Positions 37,401 to 51,033 of a DNA stretch of 64,000 nucleotides are shown piece after piece. This stretch comes from Paraphysomonas bandaiensis. Its lineage: Eukaryota > Protista > Chrysophyceae. Position 1 is the first letter of the stretch. Every line of letters starts with the position of its first letter. A model generated the notes under the pieces. That model made no database searches and had not been told where the DNA came from. It saw only the letters and a list, made by a program, of their open reading frames with translations. A program made the position numbers and the translations under genes. The DNA lies in contig CBFFRP010000041.1 in assembly GCA_965644295.1 (NCBI GenBank), positions 248,001-312,000 on the forward strand, written 5' to 3'.

Positions 37401-37819
37401 AGTCGATTACATTCCTGATTTCTTCCATACACTACAGAAATAAATCGCTGAGAGAAAACACGTATAGAGCAATAGTACTACTTTGACCATCTCAGGGACA
37501 GTTCTCGTGCAGTAGACGAGCTTGCCTGTCCCTGGATTAGCATACTGATAAGATGATATGAGAGATATCAGACAGACAGTCTTCCCGGTGCCTGAATATA
37601 ACATCAGAGAGCACGCACACGTCTATTGACAGGTGAACCTGTGGGCATCTCCAGCAGTGCACTCCCATTTGCATCAAGAGCTCGTTTGAGTTCGAGCATA
37701 TACTCATACTGCTCTTTGTACATATAGTCATACGGGAAGAACACCTCCAGACCTGCGCCATGTTACCAGACAACACGCACACACGCACACGCACACGCAC
37801 CGTCTATATAACAACGCAT
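34450..37819 (-). CDS. ERCC2: TFIIH helicase subunit XPD (Rad3); many short introns
   Basis: [18 protein letters not shown]...[104 protein letters not shown]. Confidence 0.97.
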
Positions 37820-38188
37820 TGCTCCGGGGGTATATGTGATGTAAAGGGTACGTGCAATGGGGAACTATGCGCTCTTACTCTGCACACTATGTACAGGCCT
37901 GCATCTTACCGACACTACCAGGCAGATACATGCATGACCATGACCAGGAACACCCACTGCACTGTACGTACGTATGTACAGTATATCGTCCTCCTTTGTA
38001 TATTTTTGTTGAAAGATGCCTCTAATATTGAGACAATAATTATCTGTATTCCAGCCGTAGTCGTATTGCAGTAATATAAAGTATATTTGCTTCAATTTAT
38101 TTCCGAAAACTAAGATGCTGACTGCCGATATCAGCATGATCTCAGTCTGGTGGTATTATTATCGTGACCGTCATATAATTTGGAATCT

Positions 38189-38768
38189 ATGCAAGTCGTT
38201 GGTATTCTAAGTGTTTTGTCATGTTTGCTTCTGGTGAACGCAGACATGACTGCGTACTATAAACGGACCGCAAAGAAGTTTATGTCTGAGAAGGCGTCTG
38301 ACCCGAACGTCATAGCATTACAGTCAGGAGTTTTAGTAGAAATTATAAAGAGTGGTAAAAGTGCGTTTGCTAAGAGCCCCCGAGAGAATGACCGCTGTAA
38401 AGTGTCGTACACGGGGTCTCTTAGAGATGGGACAGTATACGAAACAGACACGTTGATATTTGCACCCACTGAGCTCCCATTGAAGGTGAGAGGGAATGAG
38501 TGCACACTGCTCCATAGTTGACGTCGTATATTTGAAGGCTTGGAGGGAAACTCTGCAAATGATGAGTGAAGGTGACAAGTGGAGAATATATTTACCGCCT
38601 AGTCTTGGATATGGTGAGGAGGGTCGCAAATTTGCAGAAGTGACTGTGCCACCGTATGCCCCTCTGGTCATTGATTGCGAACTCAAATTGGTTATGGGTC
38701 CAGGGAAGTCGGCAGCTGAAGCCAGAGCGGCCTTCACATCTGCGCAATCGCAAGATGATATGCTGTGA
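38189..38768 (+). CDS. FKBP-type peptidyl-prolyl isomerase with signal peptide (Mip/FkpA-like N-region); 2 exons
   Basis: VIALQSGV...SPRENDRCKVSYTGSLRDGTVY, intron 38486-38537, then AWRETLQMMSEGDKWRIYLPPSLGYG...VPPYAPLVIDCEL; ends QDDML. Confidence 0.9.
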
Positions 38769-39589
38769 TTGGGTGTGTGTTTAAATGGTTGAATGTAGTG
38801 ACTATTTCTTTTAGGTAACTTAAATATACTTATAATACACTTTCATTTTATCAGTTATTTAGATTAGGATGTGATGAGGGGACAATGATGTACCTCCATA
38901 ATATCGTTTCCTGATCCGGTTTAATAGAGGCAGAGGGTTGACACAACAATCACATAGCTATTATCATGGGCAATGGCGATTAATCAATACTCAACTTAAC
39001 TAATATTCTCTGTGATATTCTAAGAATAAGCTATACTTGGAATTCTCTGTCTTTTGTATTGCTAGAGATAGAACTACAGTTTTGCTAACCAGCCTCAAGT
39101 TTCCAAGCCAACCAAAATGCATGCTATTTAGTATTTAGCGCTGTATATATAAGTATTTATATCATACAGTGTAATTCGACAGCATCAGACATGAATATAC
39201 GAGGATAGATTAGATAAACTGTTGTGAACATTACAGATGAAATACTAAAATCAATATCTCACTTGGTATTCTAACTAAACCAGTTAAATTTATATTTATT
39301 GCTATCTGCTAGCTATGATATTATGATATTCAAGTAATGGAAAATTTAGTAGGTTTAAAATGACATCGAATTATAAAAGACTTCATATAAAGAGTAAAGC
39401 CTAATATACTAGGATTTGACACAAGAGGATGCTAGGATGGTAAAGGCTTAAATAACTTAACGTAATACACACTCAATGATTTTATTATTAATTATGATCA
39501 GTCTCACTTATCATTCATTGTCATTCCTCAAATTTATGTCATTTCAATTTTATTTAATCATTTTTATACGATCTTATATCAACTAAGTT

Positions 39590-40220
39590 GCTTCGGTTTT
39601 GGAGGGCCGTATAAGGACAGCTATTCCATCCCAGCGCTGCATATTTTTTGCCCTGCATGGAACCTTTCCAAGGTTTCTTGTCATGGTTATCCTATGAGCA
39701 AGCTTAGCAGGTGAAGTCACCCTTGTGAGAGTTTTTACATATCCAACAAGCTTCTTTGGAGCCCGGTAAAATTCTCGTTAGCGCTGACGAGGGAGAGGAT
39801 GTTTTGAGAATTGTCTTATAGCCTTTTGAGACTTTGTAGACTCTCCTGTACAGTTTAACCAAGAGTCTTTCACATACACTCCGAAGTCATAAGTGTCCAA
39901 GGAATTTAGTGAAACTTGGTTCTCGTCTGCAATGAATTTCTCCTTTGCATATTTCAACCCGCTGTCTACAAGTTTTAATTTTATTTCGATGTTGAATATA
40001 GTATTCTAGTTAGCCTCTTCAGTGGGTAAAACTTCTGAAATCAGTTTATATAACTGGTCCAGTCAGGCAGATTCTTTCAAGAAGGCTTTAGGAGCACCTA
40101 ATTCCATCTTAAAGCAAATACAAAGCCCGTTTAAGTAGACCGGTAGAGGTTCGGAGATCTGGTTCCTTCACTGCTCTTTCTGCATTTTCCAGTATAACGC
40201 TTGCTCAGTGCCGGTCCCAC
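39590..40220 (-). pseudogene. Decayed coding relic of unknown, possibly TE, origin
   Basis: A long frame (MELGAPKAFLKESA*LDQLYKLISEVLP...YVKDSWLNC...) is interrupted by scattered stops; a neighbouring frame has a CWICKNSH Cys/His motif. Confidence 0.3.
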
Positions 40221-40696
40221 ACAAATGACTACATTAAAGCAACATGTACAGCAGCAGTGTCTATCTATGTCTATCCATTGCTTGAACAAGTAGTACGATA
40301 GTAGCTAGCGATATTCTCTCTTTTTACAGAAAATTGTTGTGTACAAATCTGTACATTTCGTGGGTTGAAAACATATGGTTTTTAGCTTTCCCATCATATC
40401 TTGATGTCTCTTACCGTCTGTACATATGAAAATATAGGTATATTCTTTACAGTTTTTCAGGTCTGTACTACTCCTGACTTTCTCTCTGCAGCTCTCTCCA
40501 TAAGTAAAATGTATATCTGCTCCGGCACAGCCATTACGAGGGAGGGAACAGACACACGAATATACATTATAGACATCACTCCGTTCGTATTCTGATATGT
40601 GTACTTGCAAGTTGGTTCATAGCAGCATTCAGTCATTTTGGGGGCCCAAACAACAATCCCTCTCCGACATCTTGATGCGGATTAATTATAAAAGAA

Positions 40697-42078
40697 ATGA
40701 AGTCGTTCGATTCTGCATGTCAGAAGCAACACGAGAGCAATGCATTAAATCCTTCCAGCAGGTAGACGAATGGATATCGAATGGATGTGATATCATGGTA
40801 CCTGTAGAGCCCTGTCGCGCCCAATGAGAGAGGAATTAAATGAATTGGAGCGCCAGAGGTGTGCAGCTGTTTTGTTTGGAATGTTTTGTTTGACTCTCCA
40901 CTTTCAGAACTCGCAGAACTAATGATTATCTATCGTCTATACGAAATATATTACAGGTTGTTGTTTTAGTGTAATTGTTGTTGATATTGTTGATTGCAGT
41001 ATTGTGTAGGTGGCCAATATACCTACGAAGAAAGACAAGTTTTCTGTTATAAAAAAGTGAGAGGTACTATATATATAATATATATTGTTGTAATATTAGG
41101 CATGTGTACAACAGCGCCCATGATTACGTTCTCTATCTGAAAAGCCACCTGCAGATGGCTGAGTCTAGGATTGATCGAGCTCAGATATCATCTGCGAACG
41201 AGTCAGTGATAGACAGGTAGTGTGTTTTCATGAGTATGATTACTTGCGTGGCATGAATATTCCGTACAGACTAGGCGAGGGGCAAGCCATGGAATCGCAG
41301 GTAAGATTAGGCTAGTTAAATTCTGTTACGATTCAATTGTCTGTACAGGGATATGTTCGTATTGGGACGTTGGAAGATGGACCTCCGCTGTCAATATCGC
41401 AACTGTTCAGAAATGCAGGAGTAGCAATGGCTTTGGTGAACGTTGAAGGTTGCTTAGTAGCATGCAACAAAGCTTTTGTTCAACTCACTAAGTTTACGAG
41501 GTACATATTTTATGTAGTATTTAGAGCACTAGCACGTACTCTTGGATGTCATTTTGTTCTGTAGTATCGTATTGTTAGCTGAATTCTGAATATGTGGCAC
41601 CACTGTGATATATATGTTGCAGTGTTTGCATGTGTTGTACCGGTAGTACAGCTGCTGTTAGTCTTGTCTCTTGTATTCAGCTCATGGACTCATGGACTCT
41701 CCCTTTTTCCACAGAGAAGATGTGGAATCCAAACGTATTTCGGTGTTGAACTTTGTTTCTGTTCGTGCGTGGAGTGAAATGTCTCATATGAATCAGGCGG
41801 TGAGGTTATTGTGGAGCCCATGTATATTTAGAGATCGTGAAGAGCTCTGCGTGGTGTCTATATGGCTTGTACTTGGTGACAACCCCGACCAGGTTGGGTG
41901 CTTTCATATGTCAATAAGTCCTGCTAGTGAATGCACAGGTAGTCAGATAACTACAGTACCTTCGTTTCTGTCTAACAAGGTGGAATGTATTGTAGATTCC
42001 ACTGAATCTAGCACTTGTCTCAAGCCCTCGTCAATTGCTGATTTCGTTCAGAGTTTTGAATCAATTGAGCAAATCTAG
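40697..42078 (+). CDS. bHLH + PAS-like transcription factor; multi-exon
   Basis: Spliced bHLH: REELNELERQR/TRRTNDYLSSIRNILQ/VANIPTKKDKFSVIKN/AHDYVLYL. PAS-like segment: QLFRNAGVAMALVNVEGCLVACNKAFVQLTKFTR. Confidence 0.78.
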
Positions 42079-43462
42079 TGTTTAGCACTTATTTACAGAC
42101 CCCAAAGTTACATCTTTGGTATCAATATGTTTTGTTGTTGTTTTCAAAATACTTTTTTAACTCATATGCAGTATGCAGTATAAATAGCGTTTTAGTTTGT
42201 AGAGTGTTTTATTACTCATTAGTCGTTGTGATAAAAGCTAGTTTATGCTTTATTATAAAAATATATTAAATTATCAACATATAGTGTTAATTACAAGACA
42301 ATTATTACAACACATGTGTTTCATAGTCATATTTAAGTTATGCTTAGTAAGAGTTGTCTACATCACAAGTGTAGTTTGTAGAGAAATGCTTTATATACTG
42401 GTAAATATTAAATACGGTTTACTAGTATTTACTATTGGTCATTTTAATCGTTGAGAAAAGTTTATAGTAATTACACTGGATAGACTCTTCATTATAATTG
42501 CATACACAATTGTGTGTGTAGTCATGTAAGACATATCAACCACTGCTCAACTTTCATATCTTGAATCGTCATGATACAATACTTCAGTTTCACAGTTATA
42601 GCTATATTAGTATCTTTGGCTACGTATTACTGTTTTTCACATTGTATTTAACGTATTCTACAGTATTATCTTAGAGAACCATACGTATTCCAACAACTAG
42701 ATCATATGAATCACAGTAAATAAATAATCCGTATACTTCGCATCTTAAACAATAGTTTTGAAAAGAGATTTGTACTCAACCAGAGCACTATTTTATTGTC
42801 GTGAGATGTACTGTACAATCTCTTATAATATTTTAGTGTATATATCATATATAGTATATATAATTTTAGTCTGTGCTGCAGGATTCATTCATTCATTCAT
42901 TCATTCATTTTATAAATATGTACGTGAGTACACAAAAAATGATTAACACAGAACACAGTTCAAAATAATATATACACATTTTTCTTCTGTATCTAGCAAT
43001 TCGTTACGACGGTGGAGACAGTTCGTTACAATGATTGCAACAGTTCGTCGTTCTGTAATAGTTTAGTGTCGTGATCACTGATTAATATAGTGAATTTTAA
43101 CGTGGTGAATAATACACACTAGCAATACACCAATCGGCTTCAATCTAACAACAGCATCACAGTGAAATTCCTTTATTCATAGTCAAAAGTATCTTTTAGT
43201 CATGAACTTCTAAACATAACATTTGTGAAGTTCAACGATAAAATGATTTTGAACATTATTCTACCTCTACCAAGAAACCTGTAGTTGAAAACCTACGTTA
43301 AACCTCACTATAATAACATTCGCCTTTTCACATTGAAATTTCAAACCGTACTATAGTCAAGACGAACCACACAGAAAGTAAATAAAAGTATATTAAAACA
43401 ATACGAAGACATTAAACATTACCGGAATACTCAGATATATAACAGTACTCTACAGGTACCTA

Positions 43463-44007
43463 CTATAAATCTATGTTATCAATTGTGGATTGTAAACGTG
43501 ACAGATGCTTTTCTTTTTCGTCAGAATTATACACTAAAGATGACGTAACTGCACTCTCACAGAGACTGCGTAAACTTTTGGTGCACGTTCGAGCACAGCT
43601 AGCAATCTTTAGTGTCCGTAACGACACCGGGATTTTCTTAAGTTCAGTGATGCAGAGTAGCGCAAAGCAGCATTCAGAGTAGTCAGACCTGGATAATAAA
43701 TGTTATAAACCAACCCGATACTGGCCTCTAATGTACCTCGGTGTACGAACAACATATATAAGACTGTTGTTGTCTAGGAATCTGACAAACGAATTCAAAC
43801 CAAATGCTCCGTATCCACAATCTCCAAATAATGTGAGTATTTTTTCCTGGTGGATAATTCAGTGCATGTATTTATAGTGTAAGTGTCATATACCCGCAGA
43901 GCACTTTGCACATCATTAGCAGAGATTATGTCTCCGACCTGCTCTCCATTCCACGATGGATCCACGAGAACTTGTCCCACAATGTATCGGAATTTTAATC
44001 TGACCAT
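43463..44007 (-). CDS. POP5: RNase P/MRP subunit Pop5 (Rpp14/Pop5 family); 3 exons
   Basis: Exons 44007-43894, 43846-43737 and 43688-43463 give MVRLKFRYIV...ALR/EKILTLFGDCGYGAFGLNSFVRFLD...VVRTPR/...FALLCIT...LRTLKIASCARTC. Confidence 0.88.
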
Positions 44008-45539
44008 AGGTCCAGTTAGTTCCAGTGGAAGAGTGTTAGCTCCTGTTCACTTACATGCCCCATACACAACACACATACCATACATAGACACTTCGCTCAT
44101 TGGATGAGACGTATACTATATACTCATATATTATGGTATTCCCACAGCAATACACGTTTTTGTGACTCTACAATGTCTTGAAACCCGGGATTTTGGGTAA
44201 TCTAGAGTGAATACTCTGGATATATTTCATGACCAGCCTCGACTGCTGTACATGCATACACACAGCAGATGATACTCAACATATCAGTGTATCATTGATC
44301 TCAGCTCTTCCGTAAACGACGTGTGTGAGGTATAAGGAAGGCGAGTCGTTCCTCCCTATGAGTAACTACGAAGAGGGACGGTACATAACTACAGCACTAC
44401 AGATACCAGTGCGGCTATATATATATACATAGGCTAGGGCATATACACACTAGGGAATCTCTCGTAGGATTAACATCAGTCTGTATGTACGGGACAATGA
44501 ATACAACTGAGGTGTCATATTTACAGTATGTTACAGTATGATGTACTGTGGAGAGGAATTCATTCATCCCAGACGAAGTCATCCACAGAGCACATGCAGC
44601 GCAAGTATCAGTGAACATGTGTGAACAGTATCACTTACTTCATATTATATATACCGTCTTGTGTGTGATTATTCCTATCTTAAGCTTTATCGCTAATTAA
44701 ATACTTCGAATTCCTTTCAACTTGTTGAAGAAGTTATGTAGGATTATTCAGCTAGTCTACTGGACACACCATCGCTATTGCTAACTGAGCACACAAACCG
44801 GCTTATTAGCTAATTCTGGGTCTGTTCCGACACCTTTGTTATTGAATATTCTAGAGCAGCCTGTGAAAATTTCCACCCCATATGAAAGTGTTGAACAGGT
44901 TGCATTGATGCTGAAAGAGCTGAAGTAAAAATGCAAAAAGTTCTTTTAGTCAAAAGCCAAGTTTACTAGCCGTGGAACGTGACAAATGTGTAGAAGTATA
45001 AAAGTGGCACTGCCGCTGATGACACCTCAAGGGAAACAGGCTGAAGAAAGTCGAAAAAAAATGGTCGCTGGTATATAAGAGTTTACATATAATATTGACG
45101 ACTCTGATGAGGAATGGGGTACTGTAAGTATAAGTGTAGGCTAGTTCTGTAATCTACGGAAAATCAAGCCTTTGATTCGGCGATTTGTAAACCCCAAAGC
45201 ATTTCTTCTTCGACAACCCAAAGCAAACATCACTTTTCAATTAGCTATATTACGAGCTCTTTGGTCCTCCACAAATGTCATATATTTGTTTTGACCGTTG
45301 GTGGTAAACAATGTACACACACAAATAGGGGGAGGGGAGGAATGCCTAAGTGACGTGAGCTGGCTCCTTTCACTCCCCCTATTTGTGTGTTGGTGTTGAG
45401 TGCGAGGCTCTTGGCGTTTTGACTGTTCAGGAATGATGGTGTGGGTTTGAAAATAAAAAGTTCTCTCGCTTGAGTAATAGCCCTTGAAACCGTACTAATT
45501 TTTGCACTAAATAATACATGGTATTTATTTTGCATTGAC

Positions 45540-46525
45540 TATAAGTGAATAATTTGGCCTGTAGTATCTACCAGCTCTAGCACCATGTATCCCTCTGTTG
45601 ACCACCTCAACCCAATAGCTGTCTCCATGAATACTGTATATGAAAATCAAGTGCCCTTGTGCGCTTTGCCCCTGACAACTTTTTTGTAGTAAGTGCATCA
45701 GTAATTTCCAGGTTACCGTTTACCATATTCGATGGTGTGATTTAACAATTTTCTCAAAAGCCATTTCAAATCATCTATAGATAGGTATCTCACGTGCTCT
45801 TATTATTAGCAATAGGCGCTTAAAACCTGCGCTCCATATCATTAGGCACGTCCAGATTCCAGATGAATTGCGGTATTAGATGTATCTACATGCTTGATGA
45901 CACCCATCTTCCTGAAATGTTCGCATATTCCTAAAAACCTGAGTATTATTTCCTTCATTGAACCGTCCTATACATACAAGTTGAGCTTGTTGGGTTTTCG
46001 CCATATTTACACTGCCTGCTACTATCACATACTTCTGTATTCGCACCTCCTTCTATTAGTCACATCATTCACCGAATCGTTTTCAGAATGATGATCAGTG
46101 AATTCAAATATACAGAAACTTTATTCAATTTTCTCCTCTTCCGCACTCATCCTCCGCAATATGAAGTAGTTGTTTACTGGGATTCGTATCAATCAGTTGT
46201 CAGTTAATTGACGCATGTTATAGGCAATTATGCTTGCAATTATTACTTTCTGTCCCAATTAATTGACAATTAAAATAGTATATACTATACAGTATATATA
46301 GCTTACTCAACGATTCATTCTAGTAGCAACGATTCATGTGTACCTCTAAATGACGAGGAGTCACTCTTGAGAAAATCAATAATAACAATCTAAGCTCTAT
46401 TGAACTTTCTACATTATTGTATGTGGCACACACTACACACGGACTATATAGTGTTGTATATTCAATAATATTATTATTGCTGAGGGGCTATCTATAGTAT
46501 TGCAATATATTGTTCCCTAGCCTTG
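45540..46525 (-). mobile_element. hAT relic: terminus at 46525 plus a degenerate BED-finger-like N-terminal fragment
   Basis: The terminus is shared with 20348 and 16671. Minus-strand fragments LVCIG... and KMGVIKHVDTSNTAIHL resemble the BED TSN-x-HL motif; many stops. Confidence 0.45.
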
Positions 46526-46906
46526 GTATATATGTATATATTGTATTCCATAAAGTCAACCTTTGACTACAAGAACTGTTGGCGTCTGATGCGAGAATGA
46601 GAAGAGTAGTTTTGTTCACATGAATTGAGTGAAAGAGACTGCATGATTTGTACTCCTCTATTAAACTATATCAATCCTATATATCATATTGCGATATTTT
46701 TACATAATTTATAAAAATATAGCATTCTCTTCTTACTGCCTTCGTCAACTTAAAAATAATGCAGTTGTAGTTCACTTCACCAACTAAAAATTAACCGTCA
46801 AGTACAGTCAACACAGTATTTAGTAAATATTCAAATGTAATGTAATGGCACTTACTACGAGAAGAGAGCAAAAAGTATTATACTATTGTTTACATGTCGA
46901 ACGAAT

Positions 46907-48517
46907 TCATTTATTGTTCTGTACATAATTAGGAGAGGTACAATGGTGACTTGGCATGGACTTGTCAGGTAGCTGAGAATTTCCAGGTGAGGGAGGTGGA
47001 GGTGGTGGCCCGGAAGGAGGAGGTGGAGGCGGACGAAATTTACGGTACTGCGAGTTCCTCCAACTTGTCTTTTTCCTGTCGTGACCTGTTGAAGTTGATA
47101 AACCATTCACGCTCACTGCATTCCGGTCCCTACAACTAACGGAAGTCACTTCTGTCTCCCGGCAGGTGACAGGGTCCACTCCATCACAAGTTCCGGCTAT
47201 TGTGGTTGGTACCAAAGGCAGACGATAGGGTGGCAGCGTGCCACCGTCCGCAGTAAAAAATACGTGATCCATCGCAGCTGCGGCACTTATACGCTGTAAA
47301 ACGAACAAAGTTATCATCTATGTTATACTGATATCATCTCACCTCATCAGGATTAAGACAGAGTAATTCTTCCAGTAGTAGAATGACATTGGCGGGGAAT
47401 TTTTCAAACCGCTCTCGAATACGACAAGGATACTCTTTCGATATCTGATATTTCTCCCACCCTTCGCACAGCTTAAGCCGATCTGCTGCTGAACCAGTAG
47501 GACTTCCACACAGTTCATACACAGCCTCTAGTTGATCGATTTCTTTCTTTGGACGCCCCGGCCAAATAATGTCTCTTGTCATCATCTCCACCATCACACA
47601 TCTGAAACGGCAAGAAATGTCGTAAGGCTTCAATCTTTGACAACAAAGCTGGTAGCTTACCCCACTGACCACATATCTACCTCGGGCCCGTATCGTCTGG
47701 ATTCTAATAACAATTCTGGGCAGCGATACCAAAGCGTGACCACTGTGCCAGTCATCCTACAGGCACTCTTTAAAAATGGAAGAAGAAAGACACATGGAAT
47801 CGAGCTATCATACCTTTGGGAGTTGCAGAGGTATGACCTCGCCAGTCCCCAGTCAGCTATTTTAAGCCTATTATCCCTACCGATTAAAATGTTTGCGCCC
47901 TTTATATCTCGATGCAAAATTTTATGCTGGTGCATATATTTTACTCCAGAAAGGAGTTGCTTTGCATAGCACCGAATATGATCATGTGATAGAGTCTGGA
48001 ATTAGACATCAATAGATGAGCACATGATAAATACATTGTACACATAAGACGCGCTACCATGTGTTTAGATGCTATCAGGGTACTCAAGTTAAAGTCCATT
48101 AACTCTAAAACCATAAATACTGCCCCTTCTTCTATTCCATGACCAGCATTCCTTGAGTCTAAGCAACAAAATGAATCGCTAATACAACGACATCAAACCA
48201 TACCCTCATCACATGACAGTATTTCTAACAAGCTGATTATATTTTCATGTTTGATGGATTTTAGTATCTTGATTTCTCTCATGGCGGTGACTGGGAACCC
48301 ATGTTTCTCCGTCTTCATCTTCACCATCTTAAGCGCCACACTCTTGTGTGTAGTGCGGTCGGTTGCGCGGAACACTGCCCCGTATACGCCGGACCCTATC
48401 TCCTTATCGATGTTCATGCAGCTCACATCACGTGTATCTGTTGACGGGTCATGTCAGATACGCATATATCATGTGAGTTATCATACATCTCCTACGCTTA
48501 TTTCTGGAGTCGTCCAT
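46907..48517 (-). CDS. Cyclin-dependent kinase, CDK9/CDK12/13 (CDKC-type) CTD-kinase family; multi-exon with Pro-rich tail
   Basis: IGSGVYGAV, VALKMV, GFPVTAMREIKIL (PITAIRE-like), LHRDIKGANIL, ADWGLAR, VVTLWYRCPELLL, DMWSVG and a poly-Pro C-terminus. Confidence 0.93.
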
Positions 48518-48989
48518 ACCAGTAAATGACCGCAGCTAACTGTAACAATAAACAAATAGGTGGACTGATGTATAGACGGAGCAGTGGGGTTTAATGCTGT
48601 GTATGTATGATAGAATAGATATGCATGAGGTCAGAGTGTTGAGTACGCGTTTACTTGTACAGTAACATTGTACTGATGTACATCCAGCAGTACTGCGGTA
48701 CAGTGCAGTGTGACCCGCGGTACTACGACGTACTGCTGTATTTGTGTGTTTCTATCGTGTGTGGTTGGTCATCTAGACTTCTTGCGAGTCGTACTGTGCG
48801 TATTCTATACCTACAGCAGTATATACCAGTGTCATACAACATATCCATATACAGAGCAGCGCAGAAGATACAGTTGTATGACACTGGCGGTCTAACGTGA
48901 CGTTGAGCGATATATACATGCATGTTATGCTCAGAGTTACATTTGCTCAGGCCCTGATACATTTGCACTATATATATCACTGACCTACA

Positions 48990-49558
48990 ATGATGAGATT
49001 CATTCCCCGTAGTACCTCATCCTTTATGATGAGTAAGTGGTATGGTGCACAGGCCAGGAAGGTACATTCTAAGAATATCTCTGCTTGTCGACATGAGATA
49101 GTGAATATCATGCACGAATTTATGTGGTGTATTGATAAAAACGAACCAGAGAGGTTTGCCGATCTGTTCACCGATACTGGTACTGTACTAATTGCAAAGA
49201 CTGGAACCAGTATTACTGGGAGGGACAACCTAATGGAGTTATGCTCTGGACTACATCAGCGATTCGCTCCTGCATTGCATTTTGTAAGTCATCGTATCAT
49301 CTTTTCCTTTGTTGTCATATATCTGTAATTTAGGAATCTAATATTGTGCTTGACATTTCTTGCGATTCGAGTGCCAGCAATAAATCCTATTGGTATGCAG
49401 TGCTTGGCGGAGATATCATTTCCACGGGATTCCACTACGACCAATTTGCAACAACAACCGATATTAATGGTAATCTTGTTTGGAAATTTAATCATCGTAT
49501 CGTGGAACATCACTGGACGAAGAGTGGGGGCCATGAAAACTACAAACAACATGAATAA
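48990..49558 (+). CDS. SnoaL/NTF2-like domain protein with putative mitochondrial presequence; 2 exons
   Basis: EIVNIMHEFMWCID...FADLFTDTG...ITGRDNL...LHF/ESNIVL...TGFHYDQF...WKFNHRIV; intron 49284-49333. Confidence 0.85.
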
Positions 49559-51033
49559 TGGCTCTAAACGTTACTGCAATACACTATAGAATCTGTAGAA
49601 GTGATAGAAACATGTGAATAATTTTATGGCTAGGTATTTAATCTAAATGATAAGTAGTTATTGTATTAGTCTTCAAGCGCTTACTACTCAAACACGGTGC
49701 CTTCTGCGTAACACGTAGTCACATCGGTTATGGGTTTTGACAGCATATGCACACAGGTATATCGTTGAGTACTTGAGGACATGACATCGATTTTATACAT
49801 ACACATGACACATGTACAAGGATACGTTGTAGTGCAATATAATAGGACTAAATGATAAGAAACGAGAAAATCTAATTTATACAGGAGAAAGAAAAGATAT
49901 TACATTTGTGTAACCTCAGAATGTCACATTTACAATGGTATAATAATTTCCTCGCGTGTTCACAAGACTTAAAAGGGACTCAGGAGATGAGCGGAGACGC
50001 TAGTACGATCATGGATATTGGAGGGACGAACAGAAGACAGATCTGTCGGAACAGATTTAAATGAAGGGAAGGCATTTCCGGTTATGAGGAGCCGGATTAC
50101 GCTGCCTTCATGTAGAGATTTACCTGTTAAAATGGAATAGAGAATAGAGTGTCTGAATTTGCAAAATCTGCACTATTTGGGGGAAAGCCGGCGACTTTTG
50201 CTGAATATTTTGGGAAGTGTGAAATCAGAGTGAGCGGAGTAATATAGGCACTAATCGAAACTGTTTTAATGTACCAGTTGATCAGACATCGACAAATATG
50301 GTCGAGTAGACTTCCTGAAAAGTAGCTGTCAGTATATAGGCGCCAACATCGTCTGACAGCATTGGACGTTGTCATATTGTATCATACAGAAGAAAACTAT
50401 GTTCCTGCTGCGCGAGTACAAAGGTGGATGTTTATGCACCCCCGACAGCCCACGTGAGTGCACTAAGCGAATCATGTAACTTGTTATTTGGTCACGCAAC
50501 AGTACAGCCGCAGCACAATACGGTCTATGCATGTATATGTGTGTGGGTGTTCTGTATGTGTGTGTGTGTATCTGCTGCGGTATTATTCATATGATCATAC
50601 GAGTCTCTCTCCTCATGAGGAGCACACACCACTATACACCACTATGACCACACACTGTTGATAGTCCTCACTCGTGTCTGTGAGTAGAGGCAGCAGCAGA
50701 GCCTCTGAATCATGTACTCATATATGCATATATCCACATCACATTCACTTCGAAGTCACTCACAGGAGCACTCTCATAATGGTAGACAACTGTCCAGTTT
50801 ATGTGGGAAACCCCAGGTTTGTTGGAGAAACCATCCAGTAAAACCATGGTTTTATAGTCAGAAGCCTTATGCATGTACAGCAGTATGTACATGTATGTGT
50901 GTGTGTGTATGTATGTACAGTATACTGTGAGTGTAGGAGGAGCTCGAGCGGGTGTTGTATTGGAGGATTTCAGAGTGGGTTGCGGTGTTGAGGTGGAATA
51001 TATGCAGCTGTTTTCTTTAATTGAGAGTGTTGC

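Noticed and set aside
49900-50530. Possible spliced gene on the minus strand between the SnoaL and GT47 genes
   Set aside because: Splice-like signals are present, but no consistent open frame or recognisable protein could be assembled.
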